Source: Octopus bimaculoides (Eukaryota). From it: a stretch of 39,117 bases of DNA. Below the pieces are notes generated by a model. The model saw only the letters and a program-made list of their open reading frames with translations, was not told the origin of the DNA and ran no database searches. The position numbers and the translations under genes are program-made. The stretch spans positions 170,088,548-170,127,664 of the forward strand of contig NC_068981.1 in assembly GCF_001194135.2 (NCBI RefSeq), read 5' to 3'. Positions 34,686-39,117 of the stretch are shown one piece after another; the stretch's first letter is position 1; every line of letters starts with the position of its first letter.

Positions 34686-35788
34686 AATATTTCAGTATGT
34701 TCTGAGAATTAAACGCAAGTTAACTGTTGCATTAAAGGTTGGTGCAAAACAAGCTAAAAATGATCATTCCATTCGGAATGAAGTGTTGCATTTGGATTAG
34801 GTACAACATTCATTGTGGAAAACATCATTTATTTGTATAACGTCTCGAGCTAGATTCCAATATAGAAAAAATAATTTATGGAAAAAGTAGCGTCAGCATT
34901 CACGGTATTGCTATTCACATTTTTTGTTCAATGTGGCTTCAGCCAAGTCACTTACTTACTATCAAGCTTATAGTCCTTTTGATATTGTAAGGATGGATGA
35001 ATTCATTTGTCACTAACAATAAACAGAAATAAAAGAAAGTTACAAGATTACTTTAGTAGTTATGTTCATATTGAATAACAAAACAAAAATTACAATATTT
35101 TCGTTATCCTATATTTTTTCTTTCTATGTTTCAGAGTTATTTTGAGACAAAGTAAACATTACTAAAGTTAATTTGTAGCAGTCCTTATGGCCGCATGTCC
35201 TTATTGAATTTTGTTTCCTAATGCACCATTTTGCTAATACACAGCTCTTTCCACAGAAAACTAGTCCTTTTATAAGCTACTGCAAGCATTCCTTTCTTTA
35301 TGGGACATAGTTTCGAATAATAAAACTAGGAATGATAAAATATTTCCTTTTGTCGAGTAACAGCGCTGCAGATAGAAGCCATACAAGGTAATTTGAATTC
35401 GAAACGAGGACATGACCAAGTGAATTTTAGGAGAACATTACATTAGATGAATCAGTTCTTATCTTCTTTTTGTAGTCTGCCAACTGGAATGTTTTTTCGT
35501 GATAGCATTTGGAAATTGTCTCCGTCTTTCTGTTTGTTGAGATATATATGTGTGTGTATACATGTATGTGTGTATATATATGTGTATATATGTGTATATA
35601 TATATATANNNNNNNNNNNNNNNNNNNNNNNNNNNNNNNNNNNNNNNNNNNNNNNNNNNNNNNNNNNNNNNNNNNNNNNNNNNNNNNNNNNNNNNNNNNN
35701 NNNNNNNNNNNNNNNNNNNNNNNNNNNNNNNNNNNNNNNATGTGTGTGTCTTGTGTGTGTGAGAGAGTTATATATGTTTATATATGTT

Positions 35789-36151
35789 CATATCGTTGCT
35801 ATTATGTTAAACTGTCGTATGTCCAAATTTGCCCAAATGCGTGTTTTTCAATATTTACTCTTGTTTGCTATAGCCGGTTCTTTTGGTCAAAACTATCGTA
35901 TCTCCAGCTCCTTCAGATACCAACATATGAAAATTATGAAAGTGTAGTACAACGGTTTACCTGCAAAAATATTTCTGACTGAAAATATCATACATGAATG
36001 GAGCTCCGATTTTATGCACGCAACAAAATATTACTGTTAAGCTGAGTCTGTTGCTAATGTAAAAAGAAATGGAATGGGGGAAATATGTTTTCGCTTTCTG
36101 AAAATGTAACCTTTTGGACTTAGGACACTTTTGCATAATAGCAACGATATG
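35789..36151. mobile_element. Candidate MITE, 363 bp with 39-bp TIRs
   Basis: 35789-35827 and 36113-36151 are inverted repeats: the outer 18 bp (CATATCGTTGCTATTATG) are perfect, 34/39 overall. TGTT flanks both ends. Confidence 0.7.
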
Positions 36152-38744
36152 TGTTCGTGTATGTGTGTTATATATAATCCGTCCATTCATATAAAATGTA
36201 TGAATGTGCAGACAACAACGATTGTGATGTCGATTTGCAGTGAGTGTATATCACCTTATGCTGACTATAATTTACTTTTTATTGACGGTTAATACCATCT
36301 CGGGTCAAGAGAAGTTCTTAAAATAATGGTGTAAAACCCACCACTGTTTAGACTCAACCTGATGTATGTTCTATAATACCCCAGCAATGGGCAGTTTAAA
36401 TATAATCTCGCCTTGTTTGAGAGAAAATCAATATTTTGGCGAAATGCAAACGGTGCGTGTAGGAATCAGAAAAATGAATGAGCCAGAATGCTTCAATGGT
36501 TGCTTTGTTCCATGCTTGTCATGGAATTTTTCTCTCTGAAGCTTTATAATCAAACTTGCATACGCATCCATTTCTGACCAAGTTAAACTATATCTAGGTT
36601 TTACTTATCGTAGTCAGACAGCGATGGAGGTTTAGTAAAAAGTGATGTATGTCAATAATGTCAACAAGTGAGAATCTTCAAGGATTTCCTTGTCAAAACT
36701 ATGCATTGCAATAGTACAGAATATTTACTTGAGATCAACTGACACTGGTCTTGACATATCCATATCTAATGTGCCAATTAGCAACCCTGTTTACCTCACT
36801 GAAGAGAACGTATCCTTACAATTCCCTACTCTGTCTCTTAGATAAATCAAATAACGGTGGTGGATTAACAAATGTAACACAAATGCAAGGAGATTCCTGA
36901 ACTTGTATTTCATTTCTAACAGAACCTCACGTGTTATTATTCATAATCGTTAAGAGCTGAGGAAACATCATGTTAAAACAATGGACATATAACAGTTCTA
37001 TATATTATGATGCCTCACCTATTCACCAAACGTCAAGTATCATCAAGACTGATTTTATAACTTGCACAAAGATTACTAACGATAATGCCATTCTCACATC
37101 TTTGTACGTACATGGAATCGTGGAAGAAGTCTGCGTCTTGATTCCGATAGTCACATATGCACTCAATTCATCGCTAAACAGGCGGCGAGAGTAACAATTG
37201 TGCTACCAGAAGATGTTAACATATAAACACACAACACAGAGCAACTTTGGATAGCCCTTCGTCAACCGACACTCGGCGTCATTAGCAGATAACTCGAAGG
37301 TCAGTGGAAAGTAAATGGGACTACAGAAAACGACTGGTGTACGAAACGTGAAGGCAGATGCTGTAAACCTACTCTGCTGGTGGTAGCACTAAGCGCGGGA
37401 TGGAATTCGTACACAAGTAATAAAAAGAAGAAACATATGATAGGGGAGAGGAAATCGCGCTTGGTGCCATCGCAAACGTCATTAACATCACGTGTAGAAT
37501 CTCCATCTACAATAAAGCTTATGTGTCCATAATAGGAATGTCCGGTTATTGAAATGTCAGCGACGAGGGAGTGGATGTTACGTTGATTTTGAAGGACAAC
37601 CAAAAGAAGATGCATTAATGTATTTGAGTATATCTACGTTTATATATTTGCATTAATAGTATATTTGCATTCATTTATTCTCTTTATTTTGTGACTGGAT
37701 TGGAATTTTTTATAGTTCACTAATATATGAATAAACAAAATCGATATGATGATCTTTAAAAACCATGAATTATACATTAAAGAAATTTCATGATTCAAAA
37801 TTACTGAAGCAAAATTTTCACTACCAGCCCTTCTAACCTTGGATGACTCATGCAAAATATTCTCTTTTTCTCCTTCATTCTACTGTGTATTTATGTGTTC
37901 ATTTATATTTGAATGAAATTCTAAAGTTGTTTTCCTGTGCCAATTGAACCAACTAATGTTTTAGTATAAATTCATTATGTCTAACACAAGTTATTAAAGA
38001 TAAATCTAATTTTCTGATGATTTCTCGCCAAACGTTGTTTTATTCTTGTAATTAAATTATTTGCAATGAAGAATAAAACAAGAAATTAACATGATTGTTT
38101 TCCATAAGGGAGTGGAGATTTCACGCAAGGACATCTTTGAAATCAATTAAAAACCGGTTCAAATAACATGGTAAAGAAGCCAAGATTCTGCATGGAAAAA
38201 TTCATTCGTAAATAAATGATGTAACTAAACTATTGCCCTAATATTCCACAAGAACAATTAAGTTGATTGGCATACGCTATGATTTGTCATTGGTGAGAAT
38301 TTCCCTTCAAATGGCTTCGTTCGGTTACTGCACATAACTACACGAGAATGAGCAGTTATAATAATCAACTATTAGGTCTATGTAACCGCAGTGGAGACAT
38401 CGAAAGTTTTCAACGTAAGTCTCCCTAGGTGCCAATTAGTGAGATACGATTAGATGGTTGTCGCCAAACCCATTGTAAATTGATGAGTAGTTAGCTTACA
38501 TATAGTTTCGATCGAATTCTTCCAGTATTACTAAAGATTTTCTGATACTGAAAAGAGAGTCAATTTCGCTATATTTTAGAAGCTATATATTGCATCTAAT
38601 TTAACGAGTCCCCAATCCTGAAAAATTTTAAGGACAAAATGAATGAAGAAAGTACTAAATTGATTTTCAAATTCAATAATTATAATTATCGAAAACCTAT
38701 AATAACATAAGATTGCTTGCTTGAATTGTGTACCTCACTCCCTC

Positions 38745-38780
38745 ACTCACTCTCTTTGTCTCTCTCTCTCACTTTCTCTC

Positions 38781-38819
<39 letters not shown>

Positions 38820-38960
38820 GGCTACCTGTCTGTCTCTCTGTCTATCTATCTAAAGATCAATGCATCTCTGTGTGTGCGTATATATGTGTATGTGTGTATG
38901 AGAATATGTATGTATATATATACATATATATATAAATATACATATGTGTGTGTGTGGGGG
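38745..38960. repeat. (CT)n, (CTAT)n, (TG)n and (TA)n microsatellite cluster
   Basis: Seen directly. Confidence 0.92.
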
Positions 38961-39117
38961 GGATGATGCTAACAGGAAAAATAGAACTCAAAATATAAAT
39001 GTATGTATATTTTTGTTAATATTTACTAGAAGTAACAGAATGACACAAGGTCCGAGTGTTTCGTGCGTTGAAACTTATAAAACTGGTACTATAAATACCA
39101 ACACACACACACACACA

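Noticed and set aside
37301-37615. Minus-strand 104-aa ORF containing DVND (cadherin-like)
   Set aside because: It lacks the other cadherin motifs (DxNDNxPxF, LDRE, AxDxG). Protocadherin exons would be long and open.
38014-38036. CTGATGA...AAACGTTG hammerhead-like string
   Set aside because: There is no stem II, GAAA is replaced by CAAA, and there is no convincing stem I.
323-39117. ORF-track entries (poly-I, poly-N, poly-L, poly-T, SLSLS, CVCV, YIYI and X-filled ORFs)
   Set aside because: These are translations of microsatellites, N-gaps, SINEs or antisense TE sequence, with no domain evidence.

Overview
AT-rich, microsatellite-dense animal genomic DNA from a draft scaffold with eight N-gaps. 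The repeat content (abundant tRNA-derived SINEs with (ATT)n/(CAA)n tails; (GA)n, (TA)n, (GT)n and (AAT)n arrays) matches what I recall of Octopus/coleoid cephalopod genomes; this assignment is an inference. I can support no intact protein-coding gene. Nearly all ORFs in the track are microsatellite, N-gap or antisense artefacts, so the window looks intronic or intergenic. It holds many decayed transposable elements: several R4/Dong-like (restriction-like endonuclease, RLE) LINE remnants, a Penelope-like GIY-YIG fragment, an RTE-like LINE fragment, a near full-length D,D34D mariner with TIRs and TA target duplication, an irritans-like mariner, a Tc1-like fragment, a candidate MITE and at least three SINE/LINE-tail families. 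The most notable signals are: (i) a ~200-bp head-to-head inverted pair of Penelope-like terminal repeats, each carrying a degenerate minimal type-I hammerhead ribozyme; (ii) chains of retroelements embedded in (TAA)n tracts alongside Dong-like LINEs; (iii) a dimeric SINE with a perfect 17-bp TSD; (iv) an unexplained pre-miRNA-like hairpin; (v) a possible OTU-protease relic. All identifications come from reading and translating by eye, with no database search.
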